A stretch of DNA of 64,000 nt from the NCBI GenBank assembly GCA_964188305.1, contig OZ076886.1; one strand, given 5' to 3'. This document shows positions 20,490 through 33,681 of this stretch, piece by piece; the first letter of the stretch is position 1, and every line of letters begins with the position of its first letter. A program made the translations under genes and the position numbers. This DNA comes from Podarcis bocagei. Lineage: Eukaryota. The notes under the pieces were generated by a model, which saw nothing but the letters and a program-made list of their open reading frames with translations, was not told the DNA's origin and ran no database searches.

Positions 20490-23400
20490 CTCTTTGCAGT
20501 ATATTTTAAACACTAAACAAAACACTTTAAACTAAAATAGCTGCATGCTCATAAGGGGAAGAAATCTGTGTCTCATGTAATTTGACAGGACAAATCCTAG
20601 TTCGTATAGCTCAAAATTGCCACTTTGAATTTTGTGCAGAAAGTAGCTGAAAGCTGACTTGAAACACCTCTGTCAGGAGGGTGAATGTGTTCTGCATCAG
20701 CTGCAGTCACCCAGCAGTCCTCAATTCTCTGTATACAGTTAATTACAGGAGCCTGCTTTGAATCTAAGAATAGCTTGCTGGAGAAGGCCAGTGGCCCATC
20801 TAGTCCAGCATCATATTCTCACAGTCTAACCAGATGCCTGTGGAAGCTTAGGAAGGGATGAACAAAGGCCAGTAGATATAAATAGGTAAAAAAAAGGTTG
20901 TGGCCAGAGGTGGAGAAAAGCTCCCCCATATACCCTGTTCTCCAAGTACAACATTTTATATTTATTTATTTAGAATATTTTAGATGCCACCCTTTAAGGA
21001 AACTTCCAGGGTGGTTTAGAAAAACAGAAGTGCACATGACCCCTAAAAATGTTCCCATGTTATGAGAACTTGCCCTGTAAGCTGCTGAAGGAGGATGGTA
21101 GGTGTCTGAGGTGTTGGGGATGACACTCCAAAGTTATTCCACTTGTGGTATCTATTTGTTTAAAATATGCTGTAGTGATGGCTAAGTGTTGTTCAGCTGA
21201 ACTTTAAGAAGATTAACAAATGACCCTGTTCAGTCAGGAGTCTCATTCTGTCCAGTGTGACATAATTATGTTTAATAGAAACCAAATGTCAAGCTTGGGG
21301 GCATTCCACAGAATTCCCTAATGACAACCTTTTACTATTAAATAAGTGCTGATAGCAGCATTATTCACACATTATTCACTGATTCTAGGGAAGGTCCAAA
21401 TCCTTGTAAGCTAAAGCCAAGTCCAGCAAAACGACCACCAGAGGAACTCATTTGCCATTGTATAGTTGCAGTTTTTATGGTACATCCTCACCCAGTACTT
21501 TTAAAATTTCAGGATAGCATTTTACACAATACCAAGGGATCTTGACTTCCCTACTGATTATAGATCTTGTTCCTAGTTCCTTTAGTGGCCAGTATTGATA
21601 AGCAGATAGTTATTATGTGCAAAGACTAAAAACAAAGCAAAAACCACAAAAACAAAACACAAATACAAAAAATCCCACATAAGCTAAACAGAGGTTGGGG
21701 GGGACCTTTACATCAGATGATATTGAAAGTTACATCTGCATCCTTATTAGAGATCTTCCCTGCTGGGAAAATTCTTTAAAGAAATACATCATACAGCAGT
21801 GATTATTCCTTTTTGTTAAACCCCGATCTCGGCAAATATGCTAAGCTAACTTCAGATTTGTGCTGTGTTGCGATCTTCATATTGAAATCTGCAAGGAAAG
21901 ACAAAACCAATAATGACAAGAGAGTCTACAATGCATGCAAGATCAGGACCTATTGTTGGCCAAAATCTCTTATCTCAGTGTGCATATATTTGAAAATAGA
22001 GAAACAAAATAACTCTTAAAATGAATCTGTAAAAATAATAGGCACTTTCACTTGACTGTACGTTCAGACCTATAAACAATAAATTCTGGTGGCATAATCT
22101 CTCATATTACAGTACAGGATATGCTCAGGGAGGCCATTAAAGAGCCAATTAGGTTCTGTTTAAGTGAAAACAGTTCACAGCCAGTTGAGTAAATGGATTT
22201 ATTCTGTTTGCTCTGTTTTCAGATCTGAGGCTATAACCCTGCCTTCTCATTTTCTCTCCTGCAAAAAATACCTTTCCTGGGAATTGTGAAAAATGTGTCT
22301 GACTCCTGAAACATTTCCTCAGATTTGCCAGGCATGCAATACAAAATTCAAGTCCTGAATTCCATTGTTGCATTAAAGTAAAATGCATGTAATAGTCTGG
22401 ATAAACGACAGTTTTAGAGAGGAGTAGATTCTCAATTCTTCTGGCAGCTGCTCACATGTGGTTCCCTATGATACACAGATTTATAAGGCAGGCTTGGAAA
22501 CCAGAAGTTCATTGGGCTCTTTCTTTGGCAACCTCCTGACAGGTATCTTTAGAACAAGCCTCCCATCCTCCTCTTGAGCCAGGATGCTTTGTAGCAGTTG
22601 CAGCTGGAAAGTCTCCAGCAACTCGCTTTTGATGATCTCTGGCAGGCTGAGTCTCCCTGGTGTTTCTCAGTCATGCTTTGTTGTCAAACTCCTCTGTGCT
22701 ATTTTGCAAACTTCTTCTTGCAGTGGGCTTTGCCATAGCATCTGTTAAGGCTAATCTGAAGCAACTTTTCTGCCCAGTGGCCTGTCTAATCAATACTGAT
22801 TGCCTCATAGGCTCGAGTTGCTTTTGTCTTCAACTTGTGCTATCTGTGCATATGTGATTAGACCCTTTATCAGCCTTTTACTGATATCGACAAAAAATGG
22901 TTTCTTTTCTCAGTAGAGTGTATGTAGATTGTGAAGCGATGTTAAGCTGAATTCACTCTAACATATTCGTTATATATTTATCACACCCTCCTTTAGAGAA
23001 CTCAAGAGTGCTACCCTGTAAAGTAAATTAGACTGAGAGGGAAAGGAAGTTCTGTTTCACGGGCAGAAGTCTCTGTGTTAATGGGATGATTTTGTTGGAT
23101 ACAACCCTTTATACTGACTTTCTTCTGTAGTTTTACATATTTCATTAGGACAACTTGTTGAGCTGAATCTGTACAGCTTTCAAAGTATAAGAAAGAAGAT
23201 GTGGAAGCTGGCATTGGGTCAGCCTTTTGGTCCATGTAGCTCAGGACAATCTCCTTCAACTTGCAGTGACGTCCTACTCTGTCGCTGTCATCCTTTCAAT
23301 TGGAGATGATAGGAATTGTACCTCAACCATTCCACATGGCGACTTTCTATTTATTTTATATATATACCCCACTTACATTATAGAATATCAAAGCAGCGCA

Positions 23401-23539
23401 GAGAAAGCCAGAAATAAGTATAAAGTACACATCAGAAATAATACAATTAAAATATCAGTATAACTCCAGGAGATGATCAGCGGACAATAATTAAAATTCA
23501 CATTCAGAAACTGGGTAAATAAAAAGGTCTGCATAGGAA

Positions 23540-24230
23540 ACAGCAGATTGTTGGCGCCACAAGAGGTCTGGAGGGTGGCAACACAATAACAGGCCTTTTC
23601 TATAGTGGCTCCCCCTTTGTGGGGAGCCTTGCCTGGGGCCTTCATCTTTAGGTGCCAGGTGAAAACTGTTTCTCTGTAATCAGGCCTTTGGCTGATTAAC
23701 ATTCTATAGTATTTTAAATGTGTTGATGGCAGAGGGGTTATTGGCTTGTTTTCGTTTTATTATGTATTTTGTGCTCTTGTTTTGTATTTTGTATTTTGAA
23801 CTGTGATCTTCAGATGAAGGGTGGTATACAACTGTAATAAATAAACAAACAATAAATCAATAAAATTAATACATTGAACATGGCCTAGATTGAAGCATAT
23901 GGTCAGCCAGCGCAGCTGCTTCAACAAAGGTGTCATATATTGATGGCAGTTAACTCCAGACAGCATACTCACAGCAGCATTTTGCACTAACTGCAACTTC
24001 TGAACCAGCCTCAGGGACAGTCCCAATGAAGTGCATTGCAGTAATCAAGTGAGCTGTGTATGTGGCACAGTCGTGAGATTATCCCTGTCCAGGACTGTCA
24101 ATAGCTGGCATACCAAGCTAAGCTGGTAGGAAGCAGCCCTCACTACTGAAGCCACTTGAGCCTCTAGTGACACATGAATCAGTGAGTACCCCCAGACTAT
24201 GAACATGCTATTTTTAAGGGAGTGTCCAGA
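23540..24230 (-). mobile_element. L2-clade LINE fragments
   Basis: Minus-strand SLEAQVASVVRAASYQL..; GLSLRLVQKLQLVQNAAVSMLSG..MTPLLKQLRWL, plus L2 tail pieces at about 23800-23860 and 23540-23700. Confidence 0.8.
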
Positions 24231-24339
24231 ACAGGCAAATGGCCAGTTTCTTGGATGCCCAAACCACCTACCAGCAGTGCCTTCATCTTGCCAGGATACG
24301 ATTTCAGTATATTGGCCATATACAGTAGGCTTCTGAATA

Positions 24340-24490
24340 CCAGTTGCTAGGAATCGCAAGTGGGGAGATTATAGTTGCACTTAGGCCCTGCTGGTGGGCT
24401 TCCCATAGGCATCTGGTTGGCCACTGTAGGAATAGGATACTGGACTAGGTAGGCCTTTGGCCAGAACCAGCAGGGCTCTTCTTATCTTAC
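24340..24490 (+). repeat. CR1-related 3' tail/SINE remnant (related copies near 20760-20850, 24965-25035, 59640-59760)
   Basis: ggcatctggttggccactgtag.aataggatactggactag.taggcctttggcc...ccagcagggctcttcttat recurs in both orientations. Confidence 0.6.
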
Positions 24491-26464
24491 ATATTATTTG
24501 CAAGCCCAAGTGGAGTGCAGGTTTTTGTGACAGAGGAGAGACTATTGAAATCTCTCAGCTACATCCGTGAACTACATGCACTTATTTTACTCTTCTTCAG
24601 TACAGAAGCTATGAACTTCAAAAGTCAAAGTGCTTGAATGAAATATATTGGATGAATCTTGAACAGGTCAAGACTACTGGTCATTCCAGAATATATAGAA
24701 CACTTTTCACTTTTCTTCCACTAGCATTGGTCCAGCATGTTTACTGCTTGTGGACTTCTCATAAGCATTTAGATTTATTTATTTTATATTTTATTTATAT
24801 AATTTATATCCTGAACCCATCATATGTGATCTTGGGCCCACAACAATAAACAGTCAAGTATCTTTGGGTTATATAACGGCTCATTCAGAAGGCCTGAAGC
24901 AGGGGAGAGTCTTCAGCTGGTGCAAAAATAATAATAACTAAAGTTGGTACCTGGCAATTCTTGGTGGGCAGGTTGCTGGTCAGTGTGAGGACAGGTTGCT
25001 GGGCTAGATGGTCTGTGCTGGCAAGACTCCTATGCATTAGAAGGAAGTGTACAATTCATAGCTGCAGGGAGAGGGCTTGACTTATTGGTATTTGCCACTT
25101 CTGAAAAAGGGCTACATGAAGATTCCAGTGATTAGAATAGGAGAGTTTTTTTTGGGAAATATCATTTTCTCAATGAGAATATAAAGTTCTTTGGGTGTTG
25201 GGAAGATACAATACTGGAAAGACATTTAAATCCCCTGAAATGTGCAAAACAAGTGAGCGAAATAGTGATAGCCTCAATAGACCCTATGTATGATTTGCTC
25301 TATTAGATAGCTGCAGTCCAGGGAGCTTCTGCAGTGAATCCAATTAATCCTCGTGGCCTAAACACACACGCGCGGTTTTCAGTGACTCAGATTTTTAAAA
25401 GCATACTTATTTAATAAAACCAGAAAATGAAAAACACTATTTAATTAGGTCTTAGATCTGCTCATGGGAAGATTTTGTTTCTAGTGGGAGCAAACCCCTT
25501 AATCCAGAAGTACTCTATATCTGTGCTGGCGAGAATGGCCTTGAGATACCTTCATTGAATGCAGAGAAGGAAAGAAATCAACAAAGGCAGTGGGGCTGCT
25601 CTAATCTGACCCAGCCTTTTAATAATGCTCATCCGCCTACGAGAATATCAACTACTCAAGGGACCATTCAACCAACTGCCTTTTTAATAAGACTGCTAGT
25701 CCAAAAATAATCTTAATCAATTAAGTATCTCCAGCACTGCTACAAGGTCATTCCTAATGCAAAACTTACAAGGAAAACTAATAGTTATGCTTGATTTGAT
25801 CTCTGTGCTGTATTCCTCTGTTCACAGGAAGAATTCTGGATAGAGTTTCCCTTTCTTTGGGTTAAAAAGCTTTCAGAATATCATCATCTGTGTTGCTTTT
25901 TTCAAATAGGGATGTGCAGTTTAATTTATGCTTACAAGCAACTGCAGCGTCAGTTTTGTCCAAAGACTGCAGAAAGAGATTTGTTCTTAAAAACTCCATA
26001 TATTTTCATTCAAAAGGAACTGATTAATTTACCACTGTTTCAAGCTAGATGATTTGAAAATTGTTAATGAATTCTTACAAAACAACCTTATGTGCAGTGA
26101 CTAGAAAATAAGGACCATTGAAATCATCTTAAATAGCCTACATAACTCAGTTATATAAAATCTAGATGTGCACAATATTAATACATCCAGTACTGCTGTA
26201 TAGGACAGAATCTTGGGTAACAATGAAAAAATGAGAAACACACATTGATGATATCTGAAAACAAAATTATCAGGAAAATCTTTGGTCATATCAGGGGAAA
26301 TGAAACCTGCAGATGAAGGATTAAAGAAGAAATAAGAAGTCTCTATGACAAGCCAAGCATAGTGGGGAAGATTAAGGCAAATTTATTTCAGTAGCTCGGG
26401 CGCATCCGAGATACGGATAAGCAGAGAGCAGTGACAAAACCACTTTTGTAGTAACACCATGCCT

Positions 26465-26920
26465 TATTATTATTTATTACATTTGTAAGCTGCCCTTCAT
26501 CTGAAGATGACAGGGTGGTCCACAAGATAAAAATACAAAATGAGAACACAAAATACAGAATAAAACAAACCACTAACCTCTTTCCCACAAACACAGAGAA
26601 AAGCCAAAGGCCTGGTTATAGATGTTTTTGCCTGTTGCTTAAAGATATGTAATGAAGGTGCCAGGTGAGTCTCCCTGGGGAGAGCATTCCACAAGTTGGG
26701 AGCCACCACAGAAAAGGCCCATCCTTGTGTTGTCACCCTCCAGACCTTATGAAGCAGTTCATATGGGAAGAGGCAGTCCTTGAAGTACTGTGGTCCTGAG
26801 TCATTTAAGCCTTTATAGGTCAAAACTAACACTTTAAATTGACCCCAAAAACTAATGGGCAGCTAGTGCAGTCAGGCCAGGATTGATGTAATATGCTCAG
26901 ACTGTCTTGCTCTGGTGACC
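26465..26920 (-). mobile_element. L2-clade LINE 3' end
   Basis: FKVLVLTYKGLNDSGPQYFKDCL..WAFSVVAPNLWNALPRE, with a tail ending (aat)n. Confidence 0.85.
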
Positions 26921-27060
26921 TTACTTCATTTTAACTTTTGCAGGATAGTCCTGAACATTCCAATTTGGGGGCAATATGAGGGTGGGGGTAATGTTTCAGC
27001 AGGGAGGTAGCTTTGTTGCTGTGTGGGAAGTCAGCCATGCTGCTTCCTTCTCACCACCTA

Positions 27061-27286
27061 CAGTGGTACCTTGGGTTACAAACGCTTCGGGTTACAAACT
27101 CCGCTAAGCAGGAAGTGGTTGCTCCAGGTTAAGAACTTTGCCCCAGGATAAGAACGGAAATCGTACAACAGCGGCACAGCGGCAGCAGGAGGCCCCATTA
27201 GTGAAAGCACGCCTCAGGTTAAGAACCGTTTCAGGTTAAGAATTGACCTCTGGAATGAAATAAGTTCTTAACTTGAGGTTCCACTG
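27061..27286. mobile_element. pogo/Tigger-like MITE
   Basis: TA|CAGTGGTACCTT...GAGGTTCCACTG|TA. Reverse-orientation relative of 4801-5018. Confidence 0.88.
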
Positions 27287-27288
27287 TA

Positions 27289-27408
27289 CAGTGGTACCTC
27301 TGGATACGAATGGGATCTGTTCCGGAGCCCCGTTTGCATCCAGAAGCAAATGCGGAGCGCAACCTGAAAGTGCTCAACCTGAAGCAACTTCAACCTGAGG
27401 TATGACTG
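27289..27408. mobile_element. Second pogo/Tigger-like MITE sharing the TA at 27287-27288
   Basis: TA|CAGTGGTACCTC...GAGGTATGACTG|TA. Confidence 0.8.
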
Positions 27409-27454
27409 TATTTTTCTTAAGACAGGCCTGTAATTCCAGTGCAGCAGAAAAGAA

Positions 27455-27661
27455 TAGGATTGGCATACGTTCCTGTCTGGGCCGAAACCACTAAAATGTA
27501 TGGGAAAATCCAGACGTATGGCAGCCTATATTGGCAGTGCCGTTTTTGCCGACTCTCTCTAAAAACTGCTCAAAAACGGCTTTTTGTGATTTTGGGCAGA
27601 ACTAAAAAAGCTCAACAACTTTTCTGTCCGTATTTTCACTGTTTGAAATATGGCAACCCTG
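27455..27661. mobile_element. hAT (Tip100-like ends) non-autonomous element
   Basis: TAGGATTGGCATA...TATGGCAACCCTG with a perfect 8-bp TSD gaaaagaa (27447-27454, 27662-27669). Confidence 0.82.
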
Positions 27662-28100
27662 GAAAAGAAGCCACCAGCAAGGACTCATCAGTGAGCTGAA
27701 ACTGACTTGTTTCACAGGGAGTCTGAAGAAGCCTTTTGTTAATGTCACCTTGGCAGAGAGTTGAGCTAAAGTATCAAGGCAAAATCAGAAGTCTGGCTGC
27801 CAGGAGTAAAAGTGTCAAGGGGTTTCTCTGAACTTTGTCGCGAGAAGAATAGGTGCAAGCTTAGAGTCCATGCTGGGTAATTGCCTTTCCGACCGTAGTT
27901 TGTTAAAGAGGACCAGCTTTCCAGTGACAAATATAGGGCACTGACAGGGGCTAGCTCTTCCTTTTTACGCAACTGCAAAATGACGAAGCTTGTAAAAAGA
28001 ATATTAAAGTGTAAACAGGGGAAACGAGAGGGGAGAGCACAGCAAGGGGGATAAAACAGGATAGCTGTGTAGCTGTCCAAACCCACCCACACAGCATCAA

Positions 28101-28122
28101 GCAGCAGCAGCAGCAGCAGCAG
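28101..28122. repeat. (GCA)7 trinucleotide repeat
   Basis: Directly visible. Confidence 0.9.
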
Positions 28123-30983
28123 CTTTGCTCTGTTTTAGGCATGCTGTAAAGCACCATCTGGGAGTCTCTGGAATGGTTAACACCTGTCATGTTACTACAG
28201 CCAATAACAAAACAGTCAGTTTGTGAGCGCCTTGATAAAAATGGATCATCAAAAAGAAGGCTAGATGGATTTGTCTGGAGAGAAAACACACACATATCAT
28301 GGTGAGCTAGTGCTGTTTGTTTCTAATAAAGTGGTGGTTTTTCTAGCCAGTGCAATTACTATGCCATGATCATGTTAAGATATTTGGTATATTTCCCACC
28401 ATATCTTCTCATAAGCAATTAGGAAAATATGGATTGTAAGTGTCTGCTATGGAGGTCGCTCCCTCCTCCAGATCCAGATCCCCTGGATTCCCAAGGGCTC
28501 TCCACTGCTATTTCACCAGATCTACCAGAAATAGTAGACCCTTTCTCTGGTGCTATTCATTTATTTGGAATATTTACTTTGCCCCTCACCTGAAAAAAAA
28601 TCATGTAGATGCATATGGTCGTACATCTGATCATGGCTTGGAGGAAATGCAGAATTGCAGAATTCTAAAGGGGCAGGCTGTCAGATGAAGTAGAGCAGAG
28701 GTGGCTGCCCTGTGGCCCTCCCATTGTGCTGGCTTGGACTGATGGGAGCTGGACTTCAACAATATCTGGAAGCCCAAAATGTAGATAGATAGTCACTCTT
28801 GAAGTATTTTCAGATAATGCAAAGCCAGAATAAATTCCACATGACTATTCACCACCCTGCTTTCTAGTAGAAGTCACCATTGACAGAATTCCCCCATCAA
28901 AGTTAAGATTCTACCACTACCTCGACATGCCTTATTTCTTGACAGTCCTCCCTAGCACTCCTCCTGTCATTCTGCATAGCATACTGCCCCTGTTGATCTT
29001 CTCTTTGACTCACTTCTTCTTGCATCAGTTCTGTGTCGTCGCTGCCCTTTTTCTCAAAACACCACACTTTCAACTTTCTCAAGTCTATTCCCTATACTCT
29101 GTATCATTCTTTCAGTTGCCTTGCCTCTGGGCTCCCTTTGTCTTTGTCCTGGGTCCTCAGCCTACCCAAGTAATTTTTGATTCCAGCAAAACTGACAGCT
29201 TTACTTTCCCTCACAGAAGTTAGACTATAGCTGGCTTAGTGTCCTTGGTTTACTATACTAGCTCAGCCAACCACAAGCACAAAACAATATCCTGGCCCTA
29301 AATGTTCTTAACACATTGGGAAATGGAAGAGCAGAAGTCAAAATTCTCCTAAGACAAGCATAATTATATGAACAAGAGAAAAATCAATGTCGTATTAACA
29401 AAATTGGTTAGATAATTGCTCCACTTAGAAAAATCTGCATGGTTCTAGGGAACTACTGTATAGCCTAAATAAGTATGTTACAATGCTGATATGCCCAAAA
29501 GGCAACTTGAACTAGCAGAATTTTAAACATTGCTTCCATATGACAGAAAATCATTGTTTCATTCTCTTCCATACTAGTCAGACCTTAGTACGGACTTGGG
29601 AGAAAAATCAAGAGCAGAAAAAGGATAAAGCTTTTGAAAATAAGACTAGTAGAAAAGGCTGATGGTGGAGCCTGGAGATGACAACCACTTTCTAATAGAT
29701 GTACATTTTTTCTGTAGCTGTTCAAGCAGAAATGCAACTGACAGGAAGTAATGGACTTTTGTTGAAGGAGGGAAGATTTTTAACATCACGTTCAAAACTG
29801 AGAAAAGTTAAGAACTCAATAAGAGAGGTTTGGGAATACCTCGTCCGTTGGATGTTTTTCAGTAGAGACAAAGATCAGTTAGGGGCAGTTAAAGTAGAAA
29901 TGATCATACTTAAAGTAGGCATGGGTCTAAATCAGGGATGGGTAACTAAAACCAACTCATCTGCTATCTGCTGAGCCGTGCTCATTTATTGGTCCACTAG
30001 AGTCAAGGATCAATCAACAACAATGAAATGACAGATCATTTCACTGTATATATCCCAGGTAGGTAGGTACATTTTAGGTGTGTCCAATTGCCATGCAATT
30101 GCCAACTCATGGGTCCTCTTGGGGCAGAGCAGAATGGAATGGAAGGTGGGGCAGAGGTTGGGAGCAGAATTCCTGTGCGAAATGGTCACTGCCTGTTTAT
30201 AAATTGCTTCTTAGGTGGTGGGTCAAAGCAAAGAAGTATGCAACTTACAGATTATATGTTGTTGTTATTCCATCACCCAAATAGGTTACATATTCATTTT
30301 CTGCTCCAAAATCATCTGATTCTAGGAAAGCATATCTTTATTTTTCTTTCTAGTTCTATGTCATAAAAATATATTTCCCCGTAGATAGAACCAAGGCCCT
30401 TGGGCTGCCTGTCCTCTTTAACGCATTAAGCTAAACATGGAAAGCAAACGTACCTCCAGGCACTCTCTTAATCCTTTTAGCAGGTAGACTCTGAGTGGTC
30501 TGCAAGCAAATTTTTTAAAGGGATCAGATGTGCACTAGGTGAACATCCAGTCGTTGCATTACATACTTACCAAATTCCAAGTTGGAGGATCAGCAGTCAC
30601 TACTTGTTCAGTCTGCATGGATTTTCAAATCTGCTTGGTTTTTCAGAGAATCCAGGGGTCAATTCAAATATGCAGAAATAGCAAGTAATACAGTCCTTCC
30701 TTGACTGTTGCACATTAGGACTGCAGGTGGAAGGTGGGGGGGGGCATATGTTTAGATAAGCCCCTACGTAACTGCCCGGTTCACTGCAGTGCTCTCCATA
30801 TGGGGCTGGCTTTAGAAATGGCCTGGGAATCGAGAACTGTTTCAAAACACACCTGCCAGGATGTGGTAGCAGCAAGGCAGTTGGGACTTGCTGTGTATCA
30901 GTGTAATGATTCTATACCAACTACATGTGTTGCCAGTTTTTCTGGGCTCAGTTTTAAGAGCTGGTATTGATTTTGTTCTAGGT

Positions 30984-31379
30984 CAGTGGTTCCCAATTGG
31001 TGGTCCGCATAACCCACTCGGGGTCCGTGGCACATATCCGTCAACTGTCTGGGACATTCTGTTTTAATAATAATAATAATAATAATAATAAATTTTTATT
31101 TATACCCCGCCCTCCCCAGCCAAGGCCGGGCTCAGAGCGGCTTACAAGCAATAAGTAAGAGAGCATGGAACGCCAAAACATGCAGGTCACGTGACTCATG
31201 TGGGCATGCAGCCCAGAAGACGGGCTTCCCAGTTTTGCACTGGGACATGTTGGAGGGTATAGTAGCATCATCCACATAACAAAAACTACCCCAGATATAA
31301 CACTTTCAAAAGTAGGGGTTCCATGGCTTGGCTTTTGAAAAACTGGGTTCTGTAGTACTTAGCTAGTTGGGAACCACTG
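30984..31379. mobile_element. hAT-Charlie-like MITE containing an inserted LINE tail (about 31062-31152, minus strand, with (AAT)n)
   Basis: TIRs CAGTGGTTCCCAA...TTGGGAACCACTG; both flanks contain tctagg (Charlie-type TCTAG target). Confidence 0.78.
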
Positions 31380-32834
31380 TCTAGGCCATTTTAGTATTGA
31401 AGGGTTATCTGGTGCAAGAATTGCTTGTACCAATATTAGTTTGCCAGAGCTCAGTATCAGAGGCTATTCTCTCTCGCCTTTGATTAGCAAAATCTGAGTG
31501 GCAGATACCAGCGATGGAGCCTTTTTGGTGGTAACAGAGCATCTGAGGAATTCCTTCCCTGAAGAGCTCTGAAAAGCCCCTTCTACTGGATTTTTATGCT
31601 GATGTGTTTTTACCTCTCCCGTCCCCCCCCCCCCGTTTTTAACTGTTATGACTTTTCTAAGCTGCTTTGGAGGAAATATTTTAAAGAGTAGAATATAAAC
31701 AATCAAACAAATAAAATAAAGCAGCAGAAGAAAGTAGTCCCGAAGGCAAGCTTTCTGCGGTTTTATTCAGGTCAAAGCAAATGAATGGCTGGGGAAATAT
31801 TTCTAGAAACTATAGGAAGAGGAGAGCCAATGGGGGACTAGAGCTTGTGAGTGTGCAGCCTACAAGCAGGTGAAAGCAGGGTGGTGTCACCAGGTCTGGT
31901 AGGGAGATTAAGCAGCTCAGCTCAGAGGACAAGGGATGCTGGGTTGAAGACTCCTGGACTAAGCAGGGCATGGAGTGTAAACTGTGTTGGGAGAAGAACC
32001 TGTTTTTCAGAGAGTGAATGTACCATATTTTGAATTTGTATATGACAGGGAATAAGGCTTTTTTTAAAAAGCATTAGTATTAAAGCTGGAAGGTACTGTG
32101 AGAAATAAATGGAAGTGCTATCTCTTAAGTGAGTGGAAAGGGAGTGGTGAATAACTACTTCTGTACTAAATGGCTTGCTTGTTTGATTATTTTAAAAGCA
32201 GTGAAAGAAAATGCATATTGGGACTTGGAGAATCATATAATACTATGCCTTGCACTTAGTTTGTGAGGCATGCTCCTGGGATGAAATTTTTTAAAAGCTC
32301 AAGACAAAGGGTAGCACAGAGCAGCAGTGAATTCAGTTCTGAGTAACAGCACAGAGAGGAAGGGACTGGTGTTGGGTTTGCTTGTGTTTAACGTCTAAAT
32401 TAATTATCAAAATCTATGCACTAATGAAATCCATAGATGAGATTAAATAGTGAGAAGCTGCAAGCACACACCATAGCAGAATCACCTTCCAAAGGGGCCA
32501 GGAGTACTTAGTAAACATGAACAGAAGTCCACAAAATTAAGCATGATTTGCAAAAATATAGTTTATGGATGTGAGCAATGCATTATGCACCAGCAATACA
32601 TTAAGCACCATTCCCTTCTCTTTGAATATTTCTGACCATAGGATCTCACCCAGTAGTTCAAGCTTTTTGAAACCAGCCTTCTTAAATTCCAGAGTGCATG
32701 TCTGACTACACTCAGCTTTCCCTTGTCTCTGTGTAATGAAACCCAAGAGAACAGGATCACTTTCTCAGTACTGAATGTTTGGTAATCTGATCTAGGAAGG
32801 TATCATCCAAGCCTTCACTCTGGCTTCGCAGGCA

Positions 32835-32962
32835 ATGTAGTATCCGAAGAATGTAGTGTATCCGAAGAAGTGTGCATGCACACGAAAGCTCATACCAAGA
32901 ACAAACTTAGTTGGTCTCTAAGGTGCTACTGGACAATTTCTTTTTATTCTTTTTATATATTT
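32835..32962 (+). mobile_element. Penelope pseudo-LTR copy with hammerhead motif at 32858-32895
   Basis: gtat-CCGAAGA-A-gtgtgcatgcacac-GAAA-GC-UC-atac-caagaacaaacttagttggtctctaaggtgctactggacaa; reverse complement of the unit at 4757-5060. Confidence 0.85.
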
Positions 32963-32990
32963 CTACCCACAGTCACCAACAGTGTAATCT

Positions 32991-33570
32991 TCTTTTTAAA
33001 AAAAATATTTTTATTAAAGTTTTCTTGGTTTACAAAGGTATGCACAATGTCTCTTTTTTCAAGTTAAATTTTCCATAGGTCAGTTTCATTTGTTGAGACA
33101 TTAGGGTTACATTAGGAAGAAAAAGGGTGGAAGAGGCGGAGGGGGCCATGGTGGGTGGGGTTGGGGTTGGGAGGCGATATTTCTATTTTGCTTAATGTAT
33201 GTGTATTTCTTGTATGGCTGTTGTCCAGAATAGTTGGATTTTGGGGCATTCCCACCACATGTGGAGGTATATGCCCGTGGAGCTGCACCCTCTCCAGCAT
33301 TTTGGTGAGGTTCCTGAGCGTATTAGCTCTAGTTTCCTTGGTGTTAGGTACCACCTTTAGGTAAGTTTCAGAGTGAGTTCTTTTCTTTTCGTTGATATGG
33401 ATTTAAAGGGGGGTTTAGGCTACATTCTGGTCCACTGAGTGGGGTTAATCTCATAGTCTATTTCGTCTTCCCATTTTTTTTTATTACGTCTAGGGAGTTC
33501 GTGGGATTTTGGAGTAGTATTTTGTATATTGCAGATACCATCCCTTTGCCATGTCCCTTTGTTGTTAGGA
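32991..33570 (-). mobile_element. L1/Tx1-clade 3' fragment
   Basis: Poly-T and tttatt at the left end; CCHC-type motif HMWWECPKIQLFW on the minus strand; imperfect TSD accaacagtgtaatct (32975-32990) / acccacagtgtatct (33571-33585). Confidence 0.8.
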
Positions 33571-33575
33571 ACCCA

Positions 33576-33681
33576 CAGTGTATCTGAAGTGTGCATGCAC
33601 ACGAAAGCTCATATCAAGAACAACTTAGTTGGTCTCTAAGGTGCTACTGGACATTTTATTTTATTTTATTTTTTATATTTC
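33576..33681 (+). mobile_element. Second Penelope pseudo-LTR copy, hammerhead core with a 3-nt deletion
   Basis: cagtgtatctgaag---tgtgcatgcacacgaaagctcatatcaagaacaacttagttggtctctaaggtgctactggaca. Confidence 0.85.

Noticed and set aside
20116-20516. ORFs with CVCV/ERER/SLSL/HTHT runs
   Set aside because: These are translations of the (TC)n(CA)n microsatellite and the adjacent MITE.
29699-29974. 91-aa plus-strand ORF as an extra UIMC1 exon or small gene
   Set aside because: No recognisable motif or convincing splice pair, and UIMC1 exons at 19434 and 37441 already join in frame.
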